A DNA stretch of 64,000 bases from Okamejei kenojei (GCA_035221665.1 CM069140.1:60760001-60824000), one strand, 5' to 3'; positions 1-13,369 are shown, counted from the stretch's first letter. The notes: generated by a model from the sequence alone, not told the origin. A program made the numbers and translations.

Positions 1-1050
1 AAACCATGGCTCTTTCCAATTTTTACTATTTCCTTTCAACCTAACAGAGACATAAAGAGTCTGTACTTTACAATTTCCCCTTTAAATGTCCTCCATTTCT
101 CTTCTACATCCTTCCCATAAAACAAAATGTCCCAATTGACTCCTTTTAAATCCTTACGCATTCCCTCAAAGTTAGCCTTTCTCCAATCAAAAATCTCAAC
201 CCTAGGTCCAGTTCTGACTCTCTCCATAATTATATTGAAACTAATGGTATTGTGATCACTGGTCCCGAAGTGCTCATCAACACATACCTCCATCACCTGA
301 CCTGCCTCATTTCCTAACAGGAGGTCCAGCACTGCCCCTTCTCTGGTCGATACCTCTATGTATTGCTGCAAAAAACTATCCTGCACACATTTTACAAACT
401 CCAAACCATCCAGCCCATTTACAGAATGTGTTTCCCAGTATATTTTTGGAAAATTGAAATCTCCCACAATCACTACCTTGTGTTACTACTAATATCTGCT
501 ATCTCCTTACATATTTGCTCTTCCAATTCTCGCTCCCCATTTGGCGGTCTATAATACACCCCTAAAAGTGTTGCTACACCGTTCTCACTTCTCAGTTCCA
601 CCAAAATAGCCTCCCTAGACGAGCCCTCTAATCTATCCTGCCAAAGCACTGCTGGAATATCTTCTCTGATAAGCAATGCAACACCTCCACCTCTGGTCCC
701 TCCAATTCTATCACACCTGAAGCAACGAAATCCTGGAATATTTAGTTTCCAATCACAGCCCTCCTGCAACTATGTTTCACTGATTGCCACAACATCATAT
801 TTCCAGGTGTCAATCCAGGCTCTAAGTTCATTCACCTTTCTTACAATGCTCCTAGCATTAAAATATTCAGATTTTAGAAACCCACCATCCCTTATTCTCT
901 GTCTATTATATTTTTCCTCTTGCTCGCCTACATTTTGTGTCCGAGTGCTTCCCTTCTCTGCCTCTTGCCCCACACCCTGTCCCCTAGCCCCCTCTACCCG
1001 AGTCCCTCCCCCCAGCCCTTCTAGTTTAGTCTCCCCAGTAGCCTTTGCAA
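1..1050 (-). mobile_element. CR1-clade LINE fragment: end of ORF1 and APE endonuclease domain of ORF2, disrupted by a stop and a frameshift; runs off the window start
   Basis: ORFs 770..973, 473..769 and 36..473 give consecutive APE motifs: YFNARSI, DVVAISET(W>stop), RGGGVALL, GVYYRPP, IVGDFNFP, LDLLL, SDHN, DWRKANF. Confidence 0.93.
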
Positions 1051-1989
1051 ATAGTTTCGTATGTCTCCTTATTCCACATGGCAGCCTTATAGACAGAATT
1101 TTGATCCATCTCTACCATGCATAAAATCCATAATTCAACCTTCACAGCTTTCAGATAATTCCTGAGATTTATGACCCTGAGGGAAGAAATTCCTTTTCGA
1201 CTTTGGCTTTGATGAGCTACACCTGATTCTGAAGCCTTATCCCTCAGTATTACATTTCCCTCATGAGGGGAAACATAATCTAAAAAAGTCTCTCTAGACT
1301 CCACATGTTTCAATAAGATTTATTCTCATTCCCCTCAATTCCAATAAATCGAGACATAACCTGTTCAACCTTTCCTCATAAGACACTTTCTTCATCCTCT
1401 AAACTGCCTCCAGTGCAATTGCATCAGTCCTTCAACTGGCAGAACAAAACTGTATGCAATACTCCAGGCACAATTTCACAAAATCTCTGTACAAATGTAG
1501 CACAATCTCCTTCCTTTTATGTGCCATTTATTTTGTAATAAAGCCCAACATTTCATTTGCCTTCCAAATGACCTGCTGTGACTGGATATTATCTTTCTGG
1601 TTCATGTACAAAGGTAGTATGCTCCAACTGTGTTTCGCTGATTCTCTTCAACAGCTTACGCACCAGCATTAATCTCTCTTGCACCCTTTGTTTTTGAACA
1701 TTAAGTCTATCAAGGTGAAGATGCAAAAGGGTCTGGGGATAAAACATACAAACACTTAGATTAGCAATACAGATTGACAAAACTATGAAAAAGTATACTG
1801 GGCAAGAGGGTACATTGCTGGAGGAATAACACTAAACACAATTTTTCCTGACTCTTGTTAGTCAATTCTCTAATCATGATCATATATTCCCACAATGCCA
1901 AGAGCTCAGACACAGACAGAGTGAAAATAATACCCAAGCCCTTATTTGTGGCCAGAAACATGCCGTTGAGATAGTCGTCAGATTGCTTC

Positions 1990-2420
1990 AATAAAGGGAC
2001 ACGAGAGGGAATGTTGTCTGCTCAGTTTCACAAAGACATGGCTTACCCTCAGATCTCCAGACTACACCCTTCAGCCCGAAGATTTCTGGGTCCATCACAG
2101 ACTGCATGCCACTGACAGGAAAATGGTGAGGCAGTGGGTTCTGCCTCATGGTAAACCCTTTTGGTGCTCGGAGAGGACAGCCTTGTCCAACTCTTTCCCT
2201 GTCCCTTCTAACCCCAGAAGCCATTCATCTCCATCATCAAGTCTGCAGAGTTCATCCCACCCCAGGTAGATATTAGGCTGGAACTTGAGGAGCTGTTGTG
2301 GTCAACAAACTCTAGACTGCATACTCCAACCTCTCTCCATCATTGCTGGGGAATTCAACAATGGTAGCTTGAGGAAGTTTCCTAACTAACATCAGCATGT
2401 CTCCTGAGCACCAGGGGATC
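1990..2420 (+). mobile_element. Degraded Rex1/Babar LINE endonuclease fragment
   Basis: Broken translations CCLLSFTKTWL (~CCVLCFTETWL), PDxxLQPE, IIAGEFN and HQHVSxxTRG match Rex1-type APE motifs. Confidence 0.6.
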
Positions 2421-2676
2421 TTAATGAATTTTTCACGCATGTATTCTTTTCATTAATCCACTCTGACTCTACTTAATTGGATTATGATTTTCTAAATGCA
2501 ATGCTCCTGTATTCTTAGTAAAGGTTCACATCCCACTCATATTTTTTAATCCAAGTCATTCTATAATTTGTGAGCAAACCATCCTGGTTTTATATTGTCT
2601 TAAACGTTGACCACCTTGCACTGAGGCTCCGAGTCCACATTATTAATGTAATATAGTAAAACAGTCCCTCAAGCAT

Positions 2677-2874
2677 AGGGATACAAGAAACTGCAGATGC
2701 TGAAATCTTGAGGAAATCACAAAGTGCCGGAGGAACTCAGCAGGTCAGGCAGCATCGATGAAAGGAAGGGACAGGTGACGTTTTGCATCTGAAGGGTCCT
2801 GACCCAAGACATTATCTGATCATCCCTTACACGTATGCTACCCGATATTCTGAGTTCCTCCAACGCTCAATGTT
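2677..2874. mobile_element. Fold-back (palindromic) Penelope-terminus mini-element
   Basis: Inverted arms (ggaggaactcag ... ctgagttcctcc); flanked by direct repeat tccctcaagcat at 2665-2676 and 2875-2886. Confidence 0.75.
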
Positions 2875-3334
2875 TCCCTCAAGCATGGGAATGTTTTAAG
2901 ATTCACTGGTCCATTACATATTTGTCTTGAAAGTTTATTAATGCCATTTTGCTTTTTTTTTAAAATGTTTTTCTTTTCCATTAACTGCACCCCCAGTTTG
3001 GTTCAATCAACACTTTTACTTCTAATTTTCTAGCTCAAATGTGAAATGAAACTTCACAATAATAGCCTCATTACAACTTTTCAGCTTTGCCGTCTGGAGT
3101 TTTTAAATCAAAGAACTCAACATTTGGTTTTCTGTTTTATAGTCAGCATTTTTTTTCTCCACTTCCTTCAACTGCAGTTGAATACATGTCGATACATTTA
3201 AAAAAATCTGGCAATGTCATTGGTATAGATAAAATTGATGAAGTGTCCTTTCTGTGTTCTCATTTTATTAATCTCGTATTAATAGATTTCAGTTTGCAAA
3301 TAACATAAATGCATAGCACAAAAGGCGCTGGAGT

Positions 3335-4058
3335 AAATTCAAGTTCAAGTTACATTTATTATCACATGCACCAATTGGTACAGTGAGATTTGAGTTACCA
3401 TACAGCCATACGAATAAAAAGAATACACGATAGAATTTAACATAGACATCCTCACGTAGCGGAATCAACGTTTCCCTTTGTGAGGGAAGGCAATAAAGTT
3501 CAGTCATCTTCCGCTTTGTTCACCCGTGGTCGGGGCCTTTGAGCCCTCCGCTGTGGCTGCTACAGCGGCCTGATGTTCAGGCCCGCTCGGCGTCGGAACA
3601 GAAGAACTCAGCGGCTAGGAGGTTCCGAATCGGCCTCTTTCCGAATCAGCCCACAGGCCGAGCTGGGCGGAGCTCGATCACAGGCGACCATCGGCAAAAG
3701 ATCCCAGGACTCAACAGGTCAGCAGGTCCAACACTCCTGAGCTTCAACACACGCGATCCCCGGCAAGGCATTGTCCCGCTCTGCGATGGAATTCAGTGCA
3801 GCGCCACTGCTGAACACTGGCCGGTCTCCGGCAGGAAAGGCCGCACCAATCCAGTTGGTAGGCCGAGGGGGGGGGAGAAGATGTGACTCGGAGAAAAGAC
3901 GCATCTCCGTTCAGGTAAGTGACTGGGAAACCCCCCCCCCCATAAAAAAGACTAAGAAACTTATAAAACATACTTTTCAACAAACTAAAAGTAACAAAAA
4001 AAGCGTGAAAGGACGAACAGCTGCTGGCGAGGCTGCCACACTCGATGGCGCCGCCTGA
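3335..4058 (-). mobile_element. Non-autonomous LINE-derived element (probably Rex1/Babar-mobilised), inserted into a Penelope-terminus module
   Basis: On the minus strand it ends in AATAAA plus a (CTTGAA)n tail at ~3335-3360. CpG-rich body with no long ORF. It splits the host motif gctggagtaa|..actcagc (3327-3336 and 4061-4070). Confidence 0.6.
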
Positions 4059-5024
4059 TGGTTACTCAGCAGGTCAGACAGCATCGCCAGGACATGGATA
4101 GGCGACGTTTTGGGTTGGGACCCTTCTTCAGACCAGAAACACTGCTTATCCATGTACTCAGAGATGCTCCCTGACTCAGAGTTATTCCAGCACTTTGGGT
4201 TCAAGATAACAGCATTAGCAGTTCTTGTGTCTGTACATCAATGATCATAGGGTCGTAATACTTGTGTTTGGTTAAAGAACACTGGATTGTGTTCTAAAAG
4301 ATTCTACAAATACATACATGCCATTACTTACATGGAACTATAGATTGTGGCAGATACCACACAACAGGTACATAGATAGGGAAGGTTCAGATAGAACTGC
4401 AGACACAAATCACTTGAAATAGCATTGCAGGCTAATGAACCTATGCAAATACAAACAAGTCACAAGGCTAAATTTCTGGGGAATAAAATTAACGGTAATA
4501 GCAGATGTTAAGCTTGTATTATTAGAGCACTCTTGAGAAGCATAATAAGCAGTTCCAGTCTGGTGGTTATAGAAAAAGATAGAAGCACTGGAGAAGTTGC
4601 AAAGTCCACAAACTGAAAGGTTGTAATGAAGATCAAAGAGTTGTCAACTCTTTGCCATAAAATTAAGTTTTGTTATCAATAAATCTAGTAGGTAATTCTA
4701 AGGAAAGTTGTTTTCTCAAAGAGTGAGAAAAATTTGTAACTCATTACCGTAATAATTAAGGAGAATAGCATACGGCAGAACAAGATAAGGAATTGAAGGA
4801 AAGAAAAGTGTATGCTGTTCGGAATGAAATTTGCTTTGCACAAATTGCTGGTGGAGACCAGCATGATGGATGACCTGTTCTTGTGCTGCAGATTCAAAGT
4901 AAAATAAAACATTCAAATGGTTAACACCGTGGAATTGTTTTAGGCTTTTCACAAATGAGTATGTTTTATGTACTTCAGGTATATAGTCAAGTCTGTCTGC
5001 CTGTCTGTCTGTCTGTCTTCTATT

Positions 5025-5990
5025 CTATATCTATCTTCTATTAACTGTATTTGTTTGCGTGTAATCACATCTTCTTAAAAAAACGACATGCTAACAGTAA
5101 CATTTTTACATATTCCGGTAGAGATTTTTCCCATGGAGTCCAAAATCAACTTATCTGAAATTTTCAGGCTTTATTTCTCTGCATTATTGAAAACGTTTAA
5201 AAATACTTTGAATTTAAAATGGTTTTTACTTTAAAATCAGCTTCCAACATACTTTGATACAAAGTTGCAAGACAGGAACACTGGCAGGAACACTGAACTC
5301 TTCAGTTTAATGACATCTCAGAGCAAGTGCACCCGACATTTGCAACAATGTTGCCATCATAACTCCTGGCGGGACAGGAGGGGCAGGGTCAATTGGAATT
5401 GGATTTCTTTTCAACTCCAGTGCTGGGGGAGGCTCACGCTGATGATCTTTGCTGAAGTGCTCGAATCTTACCTTCGGCAACAGGTTAAGTTGGAGGACCA
5501 CACCGCCCTTGGGGGCTACAGGTAGGGGACAGGTGCGTTGGGGGAGCAGAATCTGCACTTGGTCTAGTATACCTATAAAAGTCTCATCGTGTGTGTGTGC
5601 GTACGTGTGTGTGTGTGTTTCTACCTTCATCAAAACGCTACGCGGCAGCGCTTAAATGTTTACATATTCTGACTCACACTTTTCCCCTGAACGCAGTAAT
5701 CAGTTTCACTTAAAATGTCATCCTATATTTCACAAGTTATTTACGATTCAAGTTTTTAACAAAAGGCAAAAACGGTTTTCACACACAGCCTTTATCCAGG
5801 ACTCCATTGATGATGTCACAATGCCACTCACAGTGCACCGATCACAAGCTGTTGAGTGCCACACCGCCCATCCCTTCCCCCCAGGTTATTCACACCCCCC
5901 CCCCCCCCCCCGGATAGTCACACCCCCCTACCCCCCCCCCCCCCCCCCCCCGGGTTATTCATGATTAAAGTTTCAAAAAGTTTCATGGGG
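5025..5990 (+). mobile_element. Two tandem non-autonomous Helitron-like units
   Basis: Hairpin gcaga-a-tctgc (5546-5556) followed by a CTAG terminus (5564-5567) then T. The second unit repeats the 5' motifs of the first (aaaacgac/aaaacgct ... tttacatattc). Confidence 0.55.
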
Positions 5991-6099
5991 ATTTATCAGC
6001 CCTCAGTCCCATCAGTCTACCCAACACCATTTCCTGCCTAATGTGAATTTCCTTCAGTTCCTCCGTCACCCTCGGTCCTCTGACCACTAGTACATCTGG

Positions 6100-6470
6100 G
6101 ATACACAAAAGGCTGGAGAAACTCAGCGGGTGAAGCAGCATCTAAGGAGCGAAGGAGATAGGCGACATTTTGGGTCGAGACCCTTCTTCAGACTGGTCAG
6201 GGATCAGGGAAACGAGAGATATGGATGGTGATGTGGAGAGATAAAGAACAATGAATGAAAGATATGCAAAAAAGTATCAATGATAAAGGGAACAAGCCGT
6301 TGTAAGCTGTTTGTGGTGTGAAAATGAGAAGCTGGTGCGACTAGGGTGGCGGAGGGAGATAGAGAGAGGGGGAATGCCAGGGCCCCGAGGGCTGAGGGAG
6401 AGGTGGGAAGGGGAGGAGACAGCAAGGGTTATCAGAATTGAGAAAATTCAATGTTCAAGCCCAAAGGAGA
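6100..6470 (-). mobile_element. Penelope-like element 3' end with terminal module
   Basis: Terminal module (ctggagaaactcagcggg ... gggtcgagacccttcttcag) plus 3' UTR; nearly identical to 36645-37010. Confidence 0.85.
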
Positions 6471-7334
6471 TTGTTTGTGAATTCCTTAGTGGATTAAAAA
6501 AAATATATACAGTCCTACTAAGACACAATACATTTCACAAATTGTTTCACTACAATTTTACACAGTTTAATATACTATGACCTATATATTAAAACATAAT
6601 TATATGAGTTTGCCGAATTACAGTTTCTAAGTTCAAACCCCACACACACCTCCCAACCAAGCATACATGGGTCATAAATCTGTCAACTTAATTAATAAGT
6701 GTTTGGTGCAAGGATACAACTTCAGCCCCTCTCCTGCTATCTGGAAGCTGGATTTCCAATCCCACTACAAGGTCTTTTACAAATATTACAGAACACGAGG
6801 TAGATTTACAACTTCAGACCATTACCTCATCTGCTTCTTCCGACTTTCTATAAACAAACCCATCAATCTGATTATTTTCCTCTCCAAGCAACTTCACACA
6901 CATCCTACCCCTTATCTCAATCTCATTATAATTTGACAGCCAAAACTAAATTACAGAATCTATTATCTCTCAGCCTTGAATTCTGTCTCAAACTCAGCAT
7001 AAACCCCACAGCTCAAGAATGTGCCATTGAGAAAGAGCAGATGACCTCTGGTCCAAGGAGAGGCCCCAATCAGCAACCCACTCTCCAACACAATCATACC
7101 AATTACAATTTCCTCCAGCGATCCAATTGCCTCAAAGCAATAAACTAAGCTATGCAGGTTCAGATCAGCGCCTCTATGCTTTGATTAATCTGCTCGCTGT
7201 ATGTGTCTCTTTGCACTTTATTTCTCTAGGATACATGTGTTTCTGAAAACCTTAAGCTTTTCTTTTGCAAATTACCTAGCTTATGTAAAAGTCACTATCC
7301 GAGTGGTTCTATTATATATTTCCTCAAAATGATC

Positions 7335-8150
7335 ACCCAGTCTACGTTTGGTCTCGCCGATGTTAAGAACAAGGGATGCAGTGAATGAGGTTGGAGCAGT
7401 TGCAAGAGAACTGCTTAACCTGGAAGGACTGTCGGGGTCCCTGGACAGAGTCGAGGGAGGAGGTATAGCGTCAGGTGTTGCATCTTCTGTGGTTGCAGGG
7501 GAAGATACCTGGGGAGGGGGGTGGTTTGGGATGAGGACTAGGGGGAGGGGGAGCAAGGGCAGAGTTGCGGGGTACCGAGGAGACACGAGTGAGGGCCTCA
7601 TTTATGATGGGAGAGGGGAAGCCCCATTCCCTAAAGAATGAGGACATTTCGGATGTTCTAGTATGGAACACCTCATCTTGGGCGGCGTAGACACAAGAAT
7701 TGGGAGTTGGGGATAAAGTCTTTGCAGGAAGCAGGGTGGGAAGAACTGTAGTCGAGACAGTTGTGGGAGTGATTGGGTTTGTAATAGACGTGTCAATAGT
7801 CTATTTCTTGTGATGGAAAGTGTGAGATCAAGAAAGGGGAGGGAGGTGTCAGAGATGGTCCAAGTAAATCTGAGTGCAGGAAAATTGGTGGTGAAGTTGA
7901 TGAAGCCTATGAGTTCTGCATGGGCGCAGGAGGTAGCACCGGTGCAGTCATCAATGTAACGGAGATAAACTTCGGGGATAGGGCCGGTGCACGCCTGGAA
8001 CAGCGATTGTTCAACATACCCTACAGAGAGATAGGCATAGCTGGGTGCACACAGCTACACCTTGGACTTGGGGAAAGTGGGAGGAGTCAAAGGAGAAGCT
8101 GTTGAGGGATGGTTCTGCGGTCGAAGAAGAAACGGAGAGCTTGAAGCCCT
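7335..8150 (-). mobile_element. Penelope-like element fragment: RT C-terminal half and GIY-YIG endonuclease remnant
   Basis: Minus strand reads LRYIDDC (YIDD at 7947-7958), PSYAYL..YVEQSLF, FHTRTSEMSSFFREWGFP and IGETKRRLGDHF. Confidence 0.9.
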
Positions 8151-8164
8151 TCCTGGTGGGGGAA

Positions 8165-8645
8165 GGTGGATAGTGACTCTGTCCAAGGACCCCAGCGGCC
8201 CTTACAGGTTAGGCAGAGGTTCACATACACCTCCAACCTCATCTACTGTATCCGTTGTTCAAGATGTGGACTCTTATACAGCGACGAGACCAAATACACA
8301 CCTTCACTTAGACCGCCTGAACCTACCTGATCTCCAGTTGCTGGACACTTTAATTCTCCTTCCCATTCCTACACAGACCTTTCTGTCCTCAGTCTCCTCC
8401 ATTGTCAGAGTGAGGCTAAACACAACTTTGAGGAACAGCATCTCATATTTTGCTTGGGCAGCTTACAGTCCAGTGGTATAAATATTGATTTCACTCACTT
8501 CAGGTAGCCCCGGCATTCCCTCTCTACTCTATCCCACCCTCATCCAAGTCGCACTTGCATCTCATTTTCACCCAACAAACAGCTTACAATATCCTGTTTC
8601 ATCTATCATCGTTACTTTTTGCATATCGTTCGTTCATTGTTCTTT
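8165..8645 (+). mobile_element. Penelope-like element fragment: GIY-YIG endonuclease and 3' UTR
   Basis: TSNLIYCIRCSRCGLLY..ETK, PDLxVAGHFNSPSHS, LEEQHLIFCLGSLQ motifs across frameshifts. Confidence 0.88.
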
Positions 8646-8789
8646 ATGGATATTAATGGCTGTGAATACCCAAATACACTTTTAATTTAAAATAAAGACA
8701 GAACATGCTAAAAATACTCGATAGTTCAGGCAAAGTGAAGCAGTGCTAACATTTCAGGTCAAAAACACTTCAACAAATCTGATCACATG

Positions 8790-9045
8790 TTTTTTTAAAT
8801 GTTACATGCCAGTATAATTAATGTCCTAGTGAAACCACTTAAGTTTAACATGAGGGCTGGAGACAGAGCCTCAGAGAGTTCAAAGAGAGCCTGAGAATAG
8901 GGCCCGAGGAATTTTAAAGAGTTGCGGGAAACTGGGCTCCAATGAGTTCAAAGGAAGCGAGAGAAATGGGACCCTAGTGAGCCATATGCCGAAGCTTTGC
9001 ATTTTCTGAACAATCAGATAACAGATTACTGGAGTTTTACCATAA
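8790..9045. mobile_element. Old Tigger-like non-autonomous element with internal degenerate ~30-33 bp repeats
   Basis: Repeated units gag(t/a)(t)tcaaag..gagaa(a)tggg; terminus gattactggagttttac; similar organisation at 42498-42900. Confidence 0.4.
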
Positions 9046-9229
9046 TTGGTTAAGGAGACAGGAAAACAATATAATCATTTATTGAACGGTGCAACTTGCA
9101 TATTGATATCTAAGTTATGGCACCTGGGTGGCTGCGAATGCGGACCATGTGCCTTGGAAAAGAGGAAGAAGCCAGCATAATGATCTAATCTATTGTTTGA
9201 ATTTTGGTGCTGCTGTCACTACTACTAAG

Positions 9230-9750
9230 ATTTGGCTTGACTCTCCATCATTGTAATAGATGGTTGCTTCTTCCATTTGTTGTATGAAAGGACTGGTCCA
9301 AGTACTGGTTCGTAGTGTCATTGATAAAGTCTTTGTTGTTCCATGCTATTGAATAAGATGTGTCCTTTCAGTTTCTTGATTTGTATTGCACTCTTGGTAA
9401 GACATCCATCATGTTGTGGTTTGGATGTGACAGATTCTTAGAACTGTGATTCACATAGCAGTTGAAGAAAAGATCCTTTCTAATATCTGAAAGATGATGC
9501 AACAGAGATCATGAAACTTCACATGGTACCCCTGTAATCTTTGGCTGAAATGTTTCTAGTAACAGGAATTGTTTTCAAATGTTCAATAGTAGTTAGTGCA
9601 TTATAAAATAGTTTGTTGATTGATCTTTTGAAATGTTGCAACATGCCTCATTTTTAATTTTATCATTGATAATTCCAGGAAATTCAACACATATAACATG
9701 CGGAGTTACTAGTTTGAAACATTTTCAACTATGAGGGTAATATTATTGAA
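9230..9750 (-). mobile_element. Possible ancient RTE-type LINE 3' remnant
   Basis: Only weak, broken similarity to the RTE C-terminal region; no open frame. Confidence 0.25.
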
Positions 9751-10994
9751 TTAATGATTATCTTTGTTACTCCTGCAGTTAACATCCTTTTTTACATTAC
9801 TTGTTCTTCACTTCAAGGCTTATAAACCATTATTTATTCTAACTTTAGTTTGCATTGCATTTTAGACCAAGATTCTATTTTTATTAACTAATTCCTTTCA
9901 TGCTGAAGGGTTTTATATAGAAAGGTCCCAACCCAAAACGTCGCCCATTCCATCTCTTCAGAGATGCTGCCTGTCCCGCTGTGTTACTCCAGCATTTTGT
10001 GTCTACAGTTTATGTTGTATCAAGCAGTTCATATCAAGAATATTTTGCATTTAGATGTCCTGTAATAATACTACAAACGTGAATAAATTATTGTTTGACC
10101 ATCACTTACATCTAGGGGATCAAGTAAAACGCAAGTAAAATAATTTAATCGTCTACAGGTCACAAAAGAGGCTCTGGCTGCAATTTAGCTTCCATCAACA
10201 CAATGCAGATGGTTGCAAAGTTTAAGATTTATTCTTTCTGCTTGCAAATCAACTCAAAACTATATACTGGAATTTTTAGAATGTCAACAGCTTTGGTATG
10301 CTGGTGATAACTATAACCATTTTAAATTTCTGCCAATTGTAAAAATATTTAAAAAATATTTGCTCCATCCACCTTTTCTTTCAATATACCACTGTAAATC
10401 TGAATTAAAACATAAAAAAAGCTCCAACCTCTGTGGCAAAGTAAAACCCTTACAGCCTATTTATATATTTAAAAACATGATCCTGCACAATGCTTCCAAA
10501 AGGGAAGACTGTTTCTGGATCTGTGTTGCCAGTATTAGCATCTCCTTATGTTCATTTTCACAGAATTATGCAGCACAGAAGGTAACCATTTGGTCCAACA
10601 TGCAGGAGCCAAATCTTTGAAAGAGCTATCTAATTAGTCCCACTGCCCTGCTCTTGCACCACAACCCTACATTTTTTCCCCTAATGTCAGGTATTTATCC
10701 AATTACATTTCAAAGACAACAGTGAATTCTGCAAGTTTTCACATTGGCATCCATTTTTTACTTCATTGACTTGTAATACTAAATGGTGGCAGAATTCAAC
10801 ACACATTTGTTGAAATCTTATATCGCATATTTCTGCATGTGCATTCAGGCATGAATTTCTGCCCTAATTTCAAAACACAAGGTGCAAAATGTATAATTCA
10901 TAATGGTGTTCAGTTCAGAAGTTTTAACACTAACCGTGGCACTGACATCTGTTGGTAAATAGTTGTTGAATGCACATCTCCTGTCAAATTCCTT

Positions 10995-11180
10995 GTAGGA
11001 AGGAACTGTTTACATCAAAGACAGACACAAATTGCTGAGAACTCAGCGGATCAGGCGGTATATCTAGAGAAAAGGTATAGGCGACATTTCGGGTCGAGAC
11101 CCTTCTTTGGACTAATCACGAGACCTTTTCTCCAGAGATGCTGCCTGATCCACTGAGTTACTCCAGCATTGTGTGTTTGT
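10995..11180. mobile_element. Fold-back Penelope-terminus mini-element
   Basis: Arms actcagcggatcaggc ... gcctgatccactgagt; central tttcgggtcgagacccttc. Confidence 0.75.
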
Positions 11181-11704
11181 CCAATTACTCTTTGCGTCAT
11201 TGTCCTTTTGATTACTTATTCAGCCTTTGAATAATTGCCATAAAATCCTTTTGTATACCTGGAAAAATTGCTTAATGCTTAATGTATCCAACATCTTCAA
11301 GTAGAAATCCTGCCCTGCACTCTGACATTTCAAGTTAGATATTAGCCGATATAAATTAGGTCATATAAGCCTGCGATATTCGATCATCTTTCCAGAGACG
11401 ATAATCTATAGAAAATGCAGTGTGGAGTAAAACTCCAATAATCTGCCATCCAATTATTTGAAAATACTAATGATCCAGATTCTGGCTCGCTCTTCAGTCT
11501 GGAATACCTTTTGGTGGTTCAGAATAAAGGCAAGAGTGGAATACCAAGGGTCAGGATCATGGGTAATGTATTAGAACTAATGTGTAATTTGTATCAGGTC
11601 AGGATCTTAAGCACTAATATATTTCCCGTTCCATTTAAACTCACCAGATTCACTAAAAAAAAATATTATCTCTATAACAATTGAAGTAAAAATATTTGTG
11701 TGTT

Positions 11705-11941
11705 TGGGTCTAGCAGCCCACCGAGTCCACACTGACCATCCGTTCACACTAGTTCTATGTTATTTTTGTGTCCAAACCCTACACCCTCTGGGCACTTTTA
11801 CAATCCTGCTCATTTTTGGGATGTGGGCAGAAACCGAAGCACCCAGAAGAATCCACGCAGTCTCACGCAAACACCACATAGATAGCAACCAAGGTCAGGA
11901 TCGGACCCAGGTCTCTAGCGCTGTGAGACAGCAACTCTACC
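11705..11941 (-). mobile_element. tRNA-derived V-domain SINE (HE1-like)
   Basis: Minus strand ggtagagttgctgtctcacagcgctagagacctgggtccgatcctgacc (tRNA head with degenerate B box), then V-domain-like gtgtttgcgt...ctgggtgcttcggtttctgcccacatccc. Confidence 0.8.
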
Positions 11942-12374
11942 AGACTTTTGAAGTTTTACTGTATGTAACGAACAAATGACAGCTTCCACCATATTGGACT
12001 GAAATTATTAATTATTCTATATTATATTTATAGATCGTGAAGAAAAATTATATTGAATAAACATCCATTAGAGCAGTCAAGTCAATCACTGGAATTGGGA
12101 GAAGTGGTTGGTAAGAATTTTCTCAGCTGATGTGAAAATTTCTTGGCAGGTAGAGCATTATACAATGCTCCCATCACAAATTGCCAGCATGTTAGTTTTT
12201 CATTTAATTTACCAGAAGGCTAATTACCTGAGATCAAAGCGAGGTAGCCAAATGCTTTGCCAAATATGTTGAATAATATTTTCTGATTTCATACTAGTTT
12301 TCCACCTTAAAACTGAAAAACTGGTGTGATAGAATTGGCAAACTTTTACAACGATATATTGCTCAAATCTAGAT

Positions 12375-12795
12375 GGAAATCAGAGACCCAGTTCTGCGAG
12401 TTTGGTAACCAGCTTGGGGGGGATGATTGTATTAAATGCCGAGCTGTAATCAATGAATAACTGCCTGACATATGAGTTTTTGTTCTCCAAGTGGTCCAGA
12501 GCGGAGTGGAGAGCCAGCGAGATCGCATCCACCGTTGATCTGTTGTAGCGGTAGCCGAACTGCAGTGGGTCCAGGTTTTTGTAGAGGTAGGATTTGATTT
12601 GCGCCATGATCAACCTCTCAAAGCACTTCATCATGACCGACGTTAGTGCCACTGGTCGACTCATTGAGGCACGTCACCTTGTTCTTCTTGGGCACCGGTA
12701 TAATTGATGCCCTTTTAAAGCAGGCGGGAACCTCAGACCTCAGAAGTGAGAGGTTGAAAATGTCCGTAAAAACTCCAGCCAGAAACTCCTGCATT
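12375..12795 (-). mobile_element. Rex1/Babar LINE reverse transcriptase fragment
   Basis: ORF 12380..12664: [52 protein letters not shown]; upstream [17 protein letters not shown]. Confidence 0.93.
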
Positions 12796-13369
12796 GCCCA
12801 GCCTAGACTTCAAACAGTCCTGGAGTTGTTTCCCCCCCCCCCCCCCCCCCCCCCTCCCCCAGAACAGCTCTGTACAGTCCTCACCTCTGGGGGTGCAGCT
12901 TTTAGGGCTACAAGAAGAAAAATAACATGGTAAAAAAAACATTTATATTAATAATGTGGTGTTTACTGATTTTAGTTAGGTGTTTTAAGTGTACATGCAT
13001 TGATTTAAAAAATCTGTTAAATCTTTTATTTATTTATTTTTTTAATAACTCACACATATTGAATTGTAAAAAAATCTGAAGCATCAAAAAACCGTGGGAG
13101 TTTTAGCACAGATAGTGAAGTTGAAAGCATGACCTTGCCATCTGCCAGATGTTTCCTGAGAACGGCTCAGTTCACCCATTTGATTACGTGCACAAGGACC
13201 TACGATGTACCACATCAAGACCATACTGGCCAGGAAATCAGCCTATGGATCCACAGCGAGCAGGTTCTGAGCTATGTGGAATGCAAACAGTGAATGCAGG
13301 CAGAGAACTCTATTTGGTTTGACCTGCCTTTAAATGCAGTAACATTCTATTCTTCGCTGTGCTTCCTAA

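Noticed and set aside
5656-6041. Proline-rich ORFs (also 12646-12933 and 52525-52737)
   Set aside because: Caused by poly-C/poly-G homopolymer tracts, which may also be imprecisely assembled.
11880-11941. tRNA gene
   Set aside because: tRNA-like head continues into a V-domain body: a SINE, not a tRNA gene.
13085-13330. LF-SINE-like similarity
   Set aside because: Resemblance too weak to support without an alignment.
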